Of a stretch of DNA of 53,667 bases, positions 10,058 through 18,897 are shown piece after piece; positions within the stretch are counted from its first letter, which is position 1, and every line of letters starts with the position of its first letter. The DNA lies in the NCBI GenBank assembly GCA_043827405.1, contig JBDRPD010000099.1:1-53667 (forward strand), written 5' to 3'. The position numbers and the translations under genes were made by a program. Source of the DNA: Elusimicrobiota bacterium. Lineage in GTDB: Bacteria > Elusimicrobiota > Elusimicrobia > UBA1565. The notes beneath the pieces were generated by a model. That model was not told the origin of the DNA. It did not search any database and saw nothing but the letters and a program-made list of their open reading frames with translations.

Positions 10058-11092
10058 TCACTTCAGCGAGGCCAGGTCGATAACGTAGCGGTAGCGCACC
10101 TTGCCGGCCACGGTATTGTCGTAAGCCTCGTTGACCCGCCGCATCGGGATGACCTCGATCCAGGAGCCGATGCCGTGCTTCCCGCAGAAGTCGAGCATCT
10201 CCTGGGTCTCGGCGATCCCGCCGATCAGCGAGCCGGCGACGCGGCGGCGCCCGACCAGCAGCGGGAAGATAGGAAGGCCCACCGGCTTGTCCGGAACCCC
10301 GACGACGACCATTGAGCCGTCGCGCTTGAGCAGCCCGAGGTAGGGAGCGAGGTCAAGCGGCGCCGAAACCGTATTGACGATGAGGTCCAGAGTCCCGGCG
10401 AGCCGCTTGACGGCGTCCGGACCGGCGGCATATTCTTTCGCGCCCATCTTCAGGGCGTCCGCTTTCTTGACCTCCGAGCGGCTGAACACGGTCACCTCGG
10501 CGCCCATCGCGGCCGCCAGCTGCACGCCCATATGTCCCAGCCCGCCCAAGCCCATGATGCCGACCTTGCTGCCCTTGCCGACTTTCCAGTGGCGGAGGGG
10601 GGAATAAAGGGTGATCCCCGCGCACAGCAGAGGGGCCGCCTTGGCCAGCTCGATGTTGGCCGGGATGCGGAGCACGAAATCCTGGTGGCAGACCATCTCG
10701 GTCGAGTACCCGCCCTGGGTGGTCTGGCCCTCTTTGTCGACGCCGTTGTAGGTCACAACCATCTTGGAGCAGAACTGCTCCAAGCCTTCCTTGCAGGGGT
10801 CGCACTCGCGGCAGGAATCGACGAGGCAGCCGACTCCCACCTTGTCGCCGGCCTTAAACTTCTTGACGCCGCCGCCGACGGCGATAACGGTGCCGACAAG
10901 CTCGTGGCCCGGAACCATCGGGAAGGCCGACCCGCCCCATTCGTCGCGGGCCTGGTGGATGTCCGAGTGGCAGATGCCGCAGTATTCGATCTTGAAGCGC
11001 ACGTCGTCGGCGCCGACATCGCGGCGCTGGAAATTGAAAGGCTCAAGAGGCGATTTCGCCGCCATAGCGGCGTAGCCTTTGACGTCGATCAT
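10058..11092 (-). CDS. Zn-dependent NAD(P)-dependent alcohol dehydrogenase (AdhC/YahK, cinnamyl-ADH-like)
   Basis: CGICHSD, PGHE, structural Zn motif CRECDPC...C, LLCAG, GLGGLG, C-terminal RYVID. Confidence 0.95.
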   Translation of the reverse strand: MIDVKGYAAMAAKSPLEPFNFQRRDVGADDVRFKIEYCGICHSDIHQARDEWGGSAFPMVPGHELVGTVIAVGGGVKKFKAGDKVGVGCLVDSCRECDPCKEGLEQFCSKMVVTYNGVDKEGQTTQGGYSTEMVCHQDFVLRIPANIELAKAAPLLCAGITLYSPLRHWKVGKGSKVGIMGLGGLGHMGVQLAAAMGAEVTVFSRSEVKKADALKMGAKEYAAGPDAVKRLAGTLDLIVNTVSAPLDLAPYLGLLKRDGSMVVVGVPDKPVGLPIFPLLVGRRRVAGSLIGGIAETQEMLDFCGKHGIGSWIEVIPMRRVNEAYDNTVAGKVRYRYVIDLASLK

Positions 11093-11225
11093 GGGAACCT
11101 CCGGGAGTTGCCGGCTTGGTCAGATTTTACGTTTCTCGGCGGGATTTGGGAAGGTGGCGTGCTTACTGAAAGCGTGATATCATGTTTTTGCTGTTTGTGA
11201 TATGGCAGATGGGCGAGAGGTGAGC

Positions 11226-11660
11226 ATGAGGGTGTTCGCGGGTTTTTTTGCGCTTGGTCTTTCCCTGACGCTGCTTGAATGCGTTCATGCGACGAAGCCA
11301 TGCGCGCCTAGTTCGTGGTTTTCAAACAGGAACCGGTCTTCGGCCGAATGGTCTAGAATGGCCAAGTGGGTCGCTATCGCGAAAGTGACAAAGCGCAAAG
11401 AGATCATCGAACCTTATGCCAACTGCTATGTCGAAGATCGCTCCACGTGCGCCATGGAAGATCGATCCATCATCACGGTGAAAGTGATCCGCTTTGAAAA
11501 AGGCAAAGAGAAGATCAAGCGCCTGACGAAGAGCTATTGCGCCCCTCCGCCGCCGATCACCACTGGAGAGACGCTCCGATTCTATGGCGCAGATCCAGAG
11601 ACCTACATCTATTTTGAACGGCTGCAAGCTGCCCCGGCGGAGCCGAAACAGGAGAAATGA
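11226..11660 (+). CDS. Small exported Cys-containing hypothetical protein
   Basis: GAGG upstream of ATG 11226; hydrophobic N-terminus MRVFAGFFALGLSLTLL; stop abuts the next start. Confidence 0.7.
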   Translation: MRVFAGFFALGLSLTLLECVHATKPCAPSSWFSNRNRSSAEWSRMAKWVAIAKVTKRKEIIEPYANCYVEDRSTCAMEDRSIITVKVIRFEKGKEKIKRLTKSYCAPPPPITTGETLRFYGADPETYIYFERLQAAPAEPKQEK

Positions 11661-13052
11661 ATGAAAAATACGTTCTTATGTGTTCCAATTATTGGCATGC
11701 TTGTCGCGCTGGCGGGATGCGGGACAGGGTTGACGCGGGCGGCAAAACATGGAGATGTAACCACCCTGCAGAAACTGCTGGACCAGGGCGCGGATATTAA
11801 TAAAAGCGCCATGGGGTCCGGGACCATGGCGGCAGGGACGCCCTTATTTTACGCCGCGTATAACTGCCGCGCTGACGCGGCCCGGTATCTGGTGAACAAA
11901 GGGGCCGATGTCGAGGTCGCTGGCTACTTCAGGGGCGGTTTCTTCGTTGGGCGGCCCCTGCATGCTGCCGTCGAGAAGGACTGCGTTGAAGTGGCGCAGA
12001 TTCTTCTGGACGCCGGCGCAGATATTAATGCGAAGACCAAAACAAATGACTCGGCCCTGGCTAGTGCGGCTCGCCGCGGCAACATAAAGATATTGAAATA
12101 CCTGATTGCACGGGGTGCGGATGTTGATGATGCGACCAGCGTTCTGAGAAAAGATGGTGCGACCGGCATTCTGAGAAAAGATGGACATTCTGACGGTCTG
12201 GCCCTGCTTGAAAAATATGGCAGCCCTATCGTGTCGGCCGAAAAGCGGCCAAAAGAGCCTGCTGCGCCGCTGATCATATCTGATGTGGATGCACTTCCCC
12301 CGATGTTCGTCAAGCACGCCCGCAACGCCTACGCCATAGTAATAGGAATAGAGAACTATCGCCAGAAACTCCCCACAGCAGACTTTGCAGTCAAAGATGC
12401 TCGGACGGTAACCGATTATTTGACAAAGGTGCTGGGATATCCCGAAGAGAATGTCATCACACTCCTGAACGATCGTGCATCCAATGTCGATCTTGCCAAA
12501 TATTTCGAAAAGTGGCTGCCGAACAATGTCGAACGGGACAGTGCGGTTTTTGTCTATTATTCCGGCCATGGCGCCCCGAATCTCAAGACGGGTGATGCCT
12601 ATCTTGTCCCCTATGACGGCGACCCGTCTTTTATTGAGCAGACGGGATATTCATTGAAGAGAATGTATCAAGCTCTGGGCAAACTTCCGGCAAAAGAAAT
12701 TGTCGTTGCCCTGGATGCTTGTTTTTCAGGAGCGGGTGGAAGATCGGTTGTGGCGGAGGGCGCGCGACCGCTGGTGATGGAGCTTCAGACTTCTTTCGTT
12801 CTTACAAAGAATATCCAGGTCATGACCGCCGCTGCCGGCGATCAAATCAGTTCGACTTATAAAGATGAAGGGCACGGGCTTTTTACCTACTTCATGCTCA
12901 AGGGGATCAAGAACGAGAATGTCCTCAATCCGGACGGTTCCATCAAAATGAACGATCTGTTCGGTTACCTCAGGCCGCAGGTGGAACGTATCGCCCGGAA
13001 GCAATACAACAATGAACAGACGCCGCAGTTGATTGGGGCGACAAAGGATTAG
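11661..13052 (+). CDS. Lipoprotein with ankyrin repeats and a caspase-like peptidase C14 domain
   Basis: Lipobox LAGC; ankyrin motifs GTPLFYAA, PLHAAV, GADINAK; C14 motifs AIVIGIENY, YYSGHG, DACFSG, GLFTY, QTPQ. Confidence 0.9.
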   Translation: MKNTFLCVPIIGMLVALAGCGTGLTRAAKHGDVTTLQKLLDQGADINKSAMGSGTMAAGTPLFYAAYNCRADAARYLVNKGADVEVAGYFRGGFFVGRPLHAAVEKDCVEVAQILLDAGADINAKTKTNDSALASAARRGNIKILKYLIARGADVDDATSVLRKDGATGILRKDGHSDGLALLEKYGSPIVSAEKRPKEPAAPLIISDVDALPPMFVKHARNAYAIVIGIENYRQKLPTADFAVKDARTVTDYLTKVLGYPEENVITLLNDRASNVDLAKYFEKWLPNNVERDSAVFVYYSGHGAPNLKTGDAYLVPYDGDPSFIEQTGYSLKRMYQALGKLPAKEIVVALDACFSGAGGRSVVAEGARPLVMELQTSFVLTKNIQVMTAAAGDQISSTYKDEGHGLFTYFMLKGIKNENVLNPDGSIKMNDLFGYLRPQVERIARKQYNNEQTPQLIGATKD

Positions 13053-13311
13053 GAGACGGAAAATAGCTTCTCTAACCAACGACTATAGCGCGGCGTAATC
13101 CCAGGCGGCGTCCCGAGTCGTGTGGAAATTTTCCGCGTAGACCCTGGGCTGGTTCTTTGATGCGACCCCTTGTCATCCCTAAACCAGTCAACTCGACGTC
13201 AATTCTTGGCTCTTACGCTTCATGGCGCTCTCCGGTCGCCGCCCCAACTTGAAGGGCCAATATAGCACTTCAATTCCTCCTATTCCGGGGACGCGAGCTG
13301 AAAAAGGTCAT

Positions 13312-13977
13312 CTACAGGATGGGAGGTTCGCGATCGTTCGTCAAAGGACAGGAGCTGAGCGAAGCAGAGCGGTTTTGAGAAAATAAACTATTAGCTGCAT
13401 AAAGCCACGATCTCTCGATGGCATTCCTTAACGCGATATTGATCGGCAGACTCTCACGCGACAGCTCCGGGTCGATCGACGATGCCCGCATGACCCAATC
13501 CGCCAGGATCGGCGGCATGATCCTGCCGGAAGCGACATCCGAGAGCGCCTTCTCGGCCAGGACCGGCTGCGCCTTCCTGATGACCCGGCATGTCACCAGC
13601 CGGACATGGCCGCGCTTGTCCCTGTTGCCGGCAAAAGCAAAAAGCCGGCAGATCAACGGACGCAGCGGGTAAGCACGGCAGCAGCCGGGCTCCTGGTCCG
13701 ACGGCGAAGGAAGGAAGAACACGCACCGGCCGTCATCCCCCAGCGCTTCGACACGAGAACACAAGGCTTCCGCTTCCCCGTTGCGGATAAGCACCTCCGC
13801 CAAGGGGAGCATCTCCAGGACGGTCGCCTCAATGTGCGGGCTTTCACAGCAGGCCCCGCAACGCACGCGGCAGCTCAAGCCGGTCTTTTTTTGAAACGCC
13901 CTTGTCCGGCGGCTGATTTTGAAAAAGAGCGCCAGGAGATCCCTGATCCTGCGCCCATGTTGTGAAACTTTGCGCAT
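13312..13977 (-). CDS. YkgJ-family cysteine-cluster protein
   Basis: CRVRCGACC, CVFF and CRAYPLRPLICR motifs; start codon uncertain. Confidence 0.85.
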   Translation of the reverse strand: MRKVSQHGRRIRDLLALFFKISRRTRAFQKKTGLSCRVRCGACCESPHIEATVLEMLPLAEVLIRNGEAEALCSRVEALGDDGRCVFFLPSPSDQEPGCCRAYPLRPLICRLFAFAGNRDKRGHVRLVTCRVIRKAQPVLAEKALSDVASGRIMPPILADWVMRASSIDPELSRESLPINIALRNAIERSWLYAANSLFSQNRSASLSSCPLTNDREPPIL

Positions 13978-14099
13978 GAAGATGCTCGATAAACTCGCCC
14001 GATGCGCGCCTCCGGACCCGGCACGGGTCCGGCCCGCATCCAGTAAGCTAAGCATAACTCGTGCGGCGGGAACGTGCCAGGGTCGGGGAACGGCTGCGT

Positions 14100-15410
14100 C
14101 TAGACGGGCACGGCGGTCAGGTCATATTCGGAGGCGGCCGTGACATTGACGCGGGCGAACTCGCCGATGCGCAGGGCCGGCCTGGCGGCGGGAACGAGGA
14201 CTTCGTTGTCCACCTCGGGAGAGTCATGTTCGGTGCGCCCGACGAAGTGCCCGCCCTCCTTGCGGTCCACGAGGATGGTGATTGTCTTTCCGACCTTGGC
14301 CGCGTTGATCTCGAGGGAGATCTCCTGCTGGAGGGCCATCACCGCCTCGGTCCGCCGCTTCTTCTCCTTGGCCGGGACGTCGTCTTTCAGCGTGAAGGCG
14401 TGCGTGTTCTCCTCGTGGGAGTAGGCGAACATGCCGAGGCGGTCGAAGCGCGTCTTTTCCACCCAGTCCAGCATCTCGGCGTGATCCTTCCGGGTCTCGC
14501 CGGGGTAGCCCGCGATGAGGGTCGTGCGCAGCGCGATGCCGGGGACCTTCTCACGGATCGTCGCGACCAGCGCCTCGGTCTTGGCCTTCGTGGTGCCGCG
14601 GCGCATGGAAGCCAGCATCCGGTCGCTGATATGCTGGAGCGGAATGTCGAGGTACTTGCAGATGTTGGGACGCTCGCGCATCGCGTCCAGCACGTCCAGC
14701 GGGAAGCCCGCCGGAAAGGCGTAGTGCAGACGGATCCAGCCGATGCCCTTCACGTCGGACAAGGCCCGCAGGAGGTCGGACAGGCGCCGCTTGCCGTAGA
14801 TATCCAGGCCGTAGGAGGTGGAGTCCTGCGCGATGAGCAGGATCTCGCGCGTACCGGCGGCGGACAGGCGCTTCGCCTCGGCCACCAGGTCCTTAATGGG
14901 CGTGGAGACATGCCTGCCGCGCATCAACGGGATCGCGCAGAAGGAGCAGGGGCGGTCGCAGCCTTCGGAGATCTTGAAGTAGGCGTAATGGCGCGGGGTG
15001 GTGAGGAGCCTCTCGCCGACAAGCTCCTTCATGTAATCCGCGTTCAATGCCTTGAGAAGGCGCGGGAGGTCCGTCGTCCCGAAGTAGGCGTTCACCTCCG
15101 GGATCTGAGCGGAGAGGTCCGCTTTGTAGCGCTCGGAAAGGCAGCCGGTGACGAACAGCTTCTCGACCAACCCCTTCTTCTTCGCGTCGGCGTAGCGCAG
15201 GATGGTATCGATGGATTCCTGCTTGGCTTTGTCGATGAAGCCGCAGGTATTGATGATGACGATGGCGGCGTCGTCGGGGTCGGTCTCGTGCTCCACCTCG
15301 AAACGGTTCGCCTTGAGCTGCCCCATCAGGACCTCTGAATCATAGAGGTTCTTGGAGCAGCCCAAGGTGACGACGTGGACCTTGTTCTTCTTAAGGGTCT
15401 TGGTGCGCAT
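14100..15410 (-). CDS. rimO: Ribosomal protein S12 methylthiotransferase RimO
   Basis: LGCSKN, INTCGFI, VTGCL, radical-SAM EGCDRPCSFC, WIRLHYAFP, C-terminal TRAM with SPEVD. Confidence 0.93.
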   Translation of the reverse strand: MRTKTLKKNKVHVVTLGCSKNLYDSEVLMGQLKANRFEVEHETDPDDAAIVIINTCGFIDKAKQESIDTILRYADAKKKGLVEKLFVTGCLSERYKADLSAQIPEVNAYFGTTDLPRLLKALNADYMKELVGERLLTTPRHYAYFKISEGCDRPCSFCAIPLMRGRHVSTPIKDLVAEAKRLSAAGTREILLIAQDSTSYGLDIYGKRRLSDLLRALSDVKGIGWIRLHYAFPAGFPLDVLDAMRERPNICKYLDIPLQHISDRMLASMRRGTTKAKTEALVATIREKVPGIALRTTLIAGYPGETRKDHAEMLDWVEKTRFDRLGMFAYSHEENTHAFTLKDDVPAKEKKRRTEAVMALQQEISLEINAAKVGKTITILVDRKEGGHFVGRTEHDSPEVDNEVLVPAARPALRIGEFARVNVTAASEYDLTAVPV

Positions 15411-15626
15411 GGCTTGTAAGAGACGGCCCATCGATGGTGAGAGCTCGGGTCGAGGTTCCGCCTTTGCCTTCACGCCGACTAAGTAGGGAATATTAAGCCG
15501 CTTCCCCGCTTCCTCCCTTTATATCATCGACCTTCTGGAAAGTATACCCCGCGCGCGCGCGGCGCGAAAGTCTTTTTCCGCCGCTTTCAGCCGCGTATCG
15601 CCGAATGATCCACACGCTATTCAGAG

Positions 15627-16057
15627 CGACCTGCCCCCCTTCACTGGGCCGTTGTTAGGAAACTCTCAAGCGTAGTTTGAGCCGTTTTGTTGTCGTCAAA
15701 CTGCCTCGCAAATGTTTCTGGCGCAAGGTAGTCGAGCGAACTATGCGGCCGATACTTATTATAGTCGATTCTCCAGTCCTCAATTATTTGCCGCGCGTCT
15801 TTAACCGTCACGAACCATCCGTCGTTTAAGCATTCATCCCGAAATTTGCCGTTGAAGCTTTCGACATAGGCGTTGTCGTTCGGCTTTCCTGGACGAATGA
15901 AGTCGAGTTTGATCTTAACCCCGTATGCCCACGCATCGAGGGCGCGTCCGATGAACTCGGGGCCATTGTCGATCCGAATGCCTCTGGGGAGCCCGCGGGC
16001 CTTCACGATCATCTCGAGCTCCAAAACGACTCTTTTCCCCGTGAGCGACGTATCAAC
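15627..16057 (-). pseudogene. IS3-family transposase C-terminal (rve) fragment with degenerate right end
   Basis: VDTSLTGKRVV...DNGPEF...PGKPNDNAYVESFNGKFRDECLN...RPHSSL; end-like sequence cgacctgcccccc at ~15627; the N-terminal part is missing. Confidence 0.9.
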
Positions 16058-16100
16058 TGACCTTTCCCCCGAAATCTCTACCAGCTAAATGTTAGTCTGG
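16058..16100 (+). mobile_element. Isolated IS3-like terminal sequence
   Basis: TGACCTTTCCCCCGAAATCTCTACCAGCTAAATGTTAG resembles IS3-family ends and the end at 15627; it starts exactly where transposase similarity stops. Confidence 0.55.
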
Positions 16101-16312
16101 AACGAGATGACGTCCCCTTAAGACCGGCGGGCTTTGCGCCGGCGCATCCGCCGACACAGAAGGCCCCCCTGAAAAATGATATGATGGGTTCGTCGCGCAC
16201 CGGTCCGTCGTCTTAGGTTGGCGAGGATACACGCGGAAAAGTTCGGTGCCATTTTGGTGCCATTGCGTGTTTGGGCCGGTTCGGCGATGCCGAAAAGTGT
16301 TGGAAAACACTA

Positions 16313-16355
16313 GATAGGTGAGGTGCGTGAGCGGCTTAAACGGACGGTTTGCTAA
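16313..16355 (+). repeat. Left att core: 43-bp copy of the tRNA-Ser 5' half plus 4 upstream bases
   Basis: GATAGGTGAGGTGCGTGAGCGGCTTAAACGGACGGTTTGCTAA is identical at 16313-16355 and 24894-24936; then one mismatch and CCGTT. No T-arm follows the left copy. Confidence 0.95.
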
Positions 16356-16449
16356 TCCGTTTCGGCGCCCTCGAAGGACCCGCCCTTGACGTTCTCTCCG
16401 ACGACAGTTCCGATCAGCAGCGATCCCTTGGTATCACGTTTGCGCGTTG

Positions 16450-16470
16450 AAGTGTTGTAAAAAGTGTTGT
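16450..16470 (+). repeat. Putative integrase arm-type site, left end
   Basis: AAGTGTTGTAAAAAGTGTTGT (tandem AAGTGTTGT), identical to 24832-24852. Confidence 0.75.
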
Positions 16471-16529
16471 AAGTCCGAATGGGTCCTTGGGCTCTGGCGC
16501 CGCGCCCTCCGAAGTGATATCATCCCTTT

Positions 16530-16802
16530 ATGCCCGCCAAGAAGAACGGCAGCAAGCCCGCCACACAAGCCGATGTCCAAAGGCTCGACAAGAAGATCGA
16601 CCGTTTCGGGATCGAGATAGTCAAGACGCAGGACGAAATCCGAACGATCAAGCACGACATGAAGAGCATGGCCACCAAGGACGACGTGTCGCGCATCCTG
16701 GCAGCAATCGATTCGTTCGCGCAGAAGGGCGAAACCTACGACCGCAAGGCGCTCAGCCACGGCCACATCCTCTCGGAACACGAGTCGAAACTCCGCTCTT
16801 AA
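16530..16802 (+). CDS. Small coiled-coil hypothetical protein
   Basis: 90 aa, heptad-like pattern with ATQADV and ATKDDV motifs; normal composition. Confidence 0.75.
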   Translation: MPAKKNGSKPATQADVQRLDKKIDRFGIEIVKTQDEIRTIKHDMKSMATKDDVSRILAAIDSFAQKGETYDRKALSHGHILSEHESKLRS

Positions 16803-16871
16803 GGGGGCAGATTTGGCCCAGGACAGCAGAATCCGCGTTGTTTCGGTTAAGGCTTTCTAATCGAGGCTACG

Positions 16872-16970
16872 TAGGCCAAAGGTCACATGGGCGAATGAGC
16901 CATTAGTCCCTATTATAGCGGGGCGGTTCGTGGGATAATAGACCCCTAAGACTTTAGGTCTTTGGGTCTA
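16872..16970 (+). promoter_or_regulatory. Cluster of 16-bp palindromic sites around a candidate -10
   Basis: TAGGCCAAAGGTCACA (16872), TGAGCCATTAGTCCCT (16896), GATAAT (16934-16939), TAAGACTTTAGGTCTT (16947), TAGGTCTTTGGGTCTA (16955). Confidence 0.6.
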
Positions 16971-16996
16971 GAGAGAATGCAGCGCGCCGGGGTGGA

Positions 16997-17749
16997 ATGC
17001 TGAAAATCTTCTCATCATTACTATCAGTATCGCTTCTTCCAGGTCTTGTCTTTGGGGGAGAAGTTTCTGGAAAAGTGCAACTTGCGGGCGAGAGTTCCCA
17101 TGCCGGCATAGTCATAGAGGTGTGGGGAACGCCTGTCAAGGCGGAAACTGACGACCTTGGCAGTTATCTGATTCCCGATTTCCCTTCAGGTTCACATCAT
17201 GTGATCGCTTGGAAGTCTGGCTGGATGGCAGCGCAAGTATCTAATTTCAATTCTACCAATAGCGCACAAATCCCACTGATGGTTTTGAATCGTCCTTCTC
17301 CCGGGATGGAAGCTGCCGTCCTTGTCGAGAATCATGGTGAAAGCATGTGGGTTTCTGCCAATCAGGAATCCGTCGCCAAGATGATGGCTGAGTATGATCA
17401 ATACCAGGGATGGTGGATCGGTGGGATAGTGCGCAAGGATGAGTTTCAGGAGCATAAGTTCTTCTTTGATCCTTCGACTATTATCATTGCTGAATATGTT
17501 GCCGAACAGGGCCTACAAGCGACAATTCGGAAGATCAGAGATGACGTCGATGCTCATGAGGGGCAAAGACGATATATCGAAGCCAAGTTCACTGGATACA
17601 GGAATCTCCACAAGTCCTTTTCTGGTTCGGTGTCAGATTTCTGGAATCGACCTATCGGTGCAAGTTTAAGCCCTGTAAAGGATTTGATTGATCAGAAATT
17701 TGGACTTGGTTTAGAGCAGCCCCCATATAGGTACTGGGATTCGGAATAA
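16997..17749 (+). CDS. Exported protein with N-terminal carboxypeptidase-regulatory-like beta-sandwich
   Basis: Signal peptide, then VSGKV...ETDDLGSYLIPDFPSGSHHVIAWKSGW, the pattern typical of that domain. Confidence 0.7.
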   Translation: MLKIFSSLLSVSLLPGLVFGGEVSGKVQLAGESSHAGIVIEVWGTPVKAETDDLGSYLIPDFPSGSHHVIAWKSGWMAAQVSNFNSTNSAQIPLMVLNRPSPGMEAAVLVENHGESMWVSANQESVAKMMAEYDQYQGWWIGGIVRKDEFQEHKFFFDPSTIIIAEYVAEQGLQATIRKIRDDVDAHEGQRRYIEAKFTGYRNLHKSFSGSVSDFWNRPIGASLSPVKDLIDQKFGLGLEQPPYRYWDSE

Positions 17750-17808
17750 TGATTTATACGCCTCACAAGTCGTGCGCAAGTTATTCGAGATGCGTCGTGG
17801 AGGAGAAT

Positions 17809-18855
17809 ATGAGATCAAAGTATTTCAGTCTTTTATTTGTGGTTTTTCTAGCTTGCTTGTTGCTAACTCCAGCGATTTCCGCTGCTGCCACCGTCGAAGA
17901 AATTAAAGGGTCCAGCTCCGAAGAGCTTCAGGAGACTCAAGCTCTTCTCCAGAAGATGCTATCTGAACGTGCCAATAACCCCGAATCAACTAAAGTGGCA
18001 ATTCCATCACAAGGCCGACAGAAGGCTGAGGCCGAAGTCGGAAGATTCGGCCCACTCATGCACCGGCATCCCAAAACAGAGAAGCTGACAGAAGCCTCGA
18101 TCGCTGATGACGAATTTGAAACCAGGCCGGGCTACGTCGTGCGATATGGGGTTAGTTGTCCTAATACGAGTAAGCCCACCAACTTCTGTCTTGGCGTGGA
18201 TATCCTCAGCGTGCAAGGCCATCTTAACCATGGACCGGCCCCGTCTATCGAATATCTGTCACCGCAGTGCCATCTAAGGGTCCCCGGGAATAACCCTGTG
18301 TATTGGGAGTTCGTTGCTCCCAGCTTCGCATCACAAATTAGACTGGTTGTGGTCGCCTCAGGGGGATGCGGGAACACCTTGATGTGGAACGGCGATGTTA
18401 AGATCCCCGGACTAAAGAAGCTCGTCCCGGGTGAGGGCTATGAATTAATCGGAGCCACTCAAGCCCACCCTGAGACTCATTATTTGATGCCGGAAGTTGA
18501 AACTAATCTGCGGGGGATTGCGTCGAGCTATGCGGCGAGCTTCCCCGATGCGAAGCCGCTTCAAATTCACGACATAAGTCTGCCCTTGGGGGGGGTGCTT
18601 GATGTCTATTACTCTTTTAAACATCCCCATACTACCCATTGGTGGGGATATGAAGCCGATATTCCCCGTGATGAAATCCCTGAGGACCACAGAGCCAGAC
18701 TGGAGCAGATCATGGAAGAAGCCGGCGCAAGAGTGCTTGTCGAGCAGGTGCCTTACACGCAATCAACGCATTATCATCTAGATTTTACTCCTCCAGGTCA
18801 TGAGAGCTATTTGGAAACACCTTGGTGCTACTGCTTTCTGGGAGCGTGCAAGTAA
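17809..18855 (+). CDS. Exported MepA-like (LAS-type Zn) murein endopeptidase-family protein
   Basis: RBS GGAGGAG; signal peptide; C-terminal DISLPLGG...HPHTTHWWGYEADI (H-x6-D) and HYHL (HxH). Confidence 0.7.
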   Translation: MRSKYFSLLFVVFLACLLLTPAISAAATVEEIKGSSSEELQETQALLQKMLSERANNPESTKVAIPSQGRQKAEAEVGRFGPLMHRHPKTEKLTEASIADDEFETRPGYVVRYGVSCPNTSKPTNFCLGVDILSVQGHLNHGPAPSIEYLSPQCHLRVPGNNPVYWEFVAPSFASQIRLVVVASGGCGNTLMWNGDVKIPGLKKLVPGEGYELIGATQAHPETHYLMPEVETNLRGIASSYAASFPDAKPLQIHDISLPLGGVLDVYYSFKHPHTTHWWGYEADIPRDEIPEDHRARLEQIMEEAGARVLVEQVPYTQSTHYHLDFTPPGHESYLETPWCYCFLGACK

Positions 18856-18897
18856 GGAGGTCGGCGTTTTTGCTACTTCAATTCGCGGGGTGTTTGT

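Noticed and set aside
13053..13311. Possible small gene between the caspase and YkgJ genes
   Set aside because: Only a very short minus-strand frame (MKRKSQELTSS*) follows the RBS-like site; not supportable.
16317..16400. Second complete tRNA-Ser gene
   Set aside because: Similarity ends just after the anticodon loop; there is no T-arm or 3' acceptor strand.
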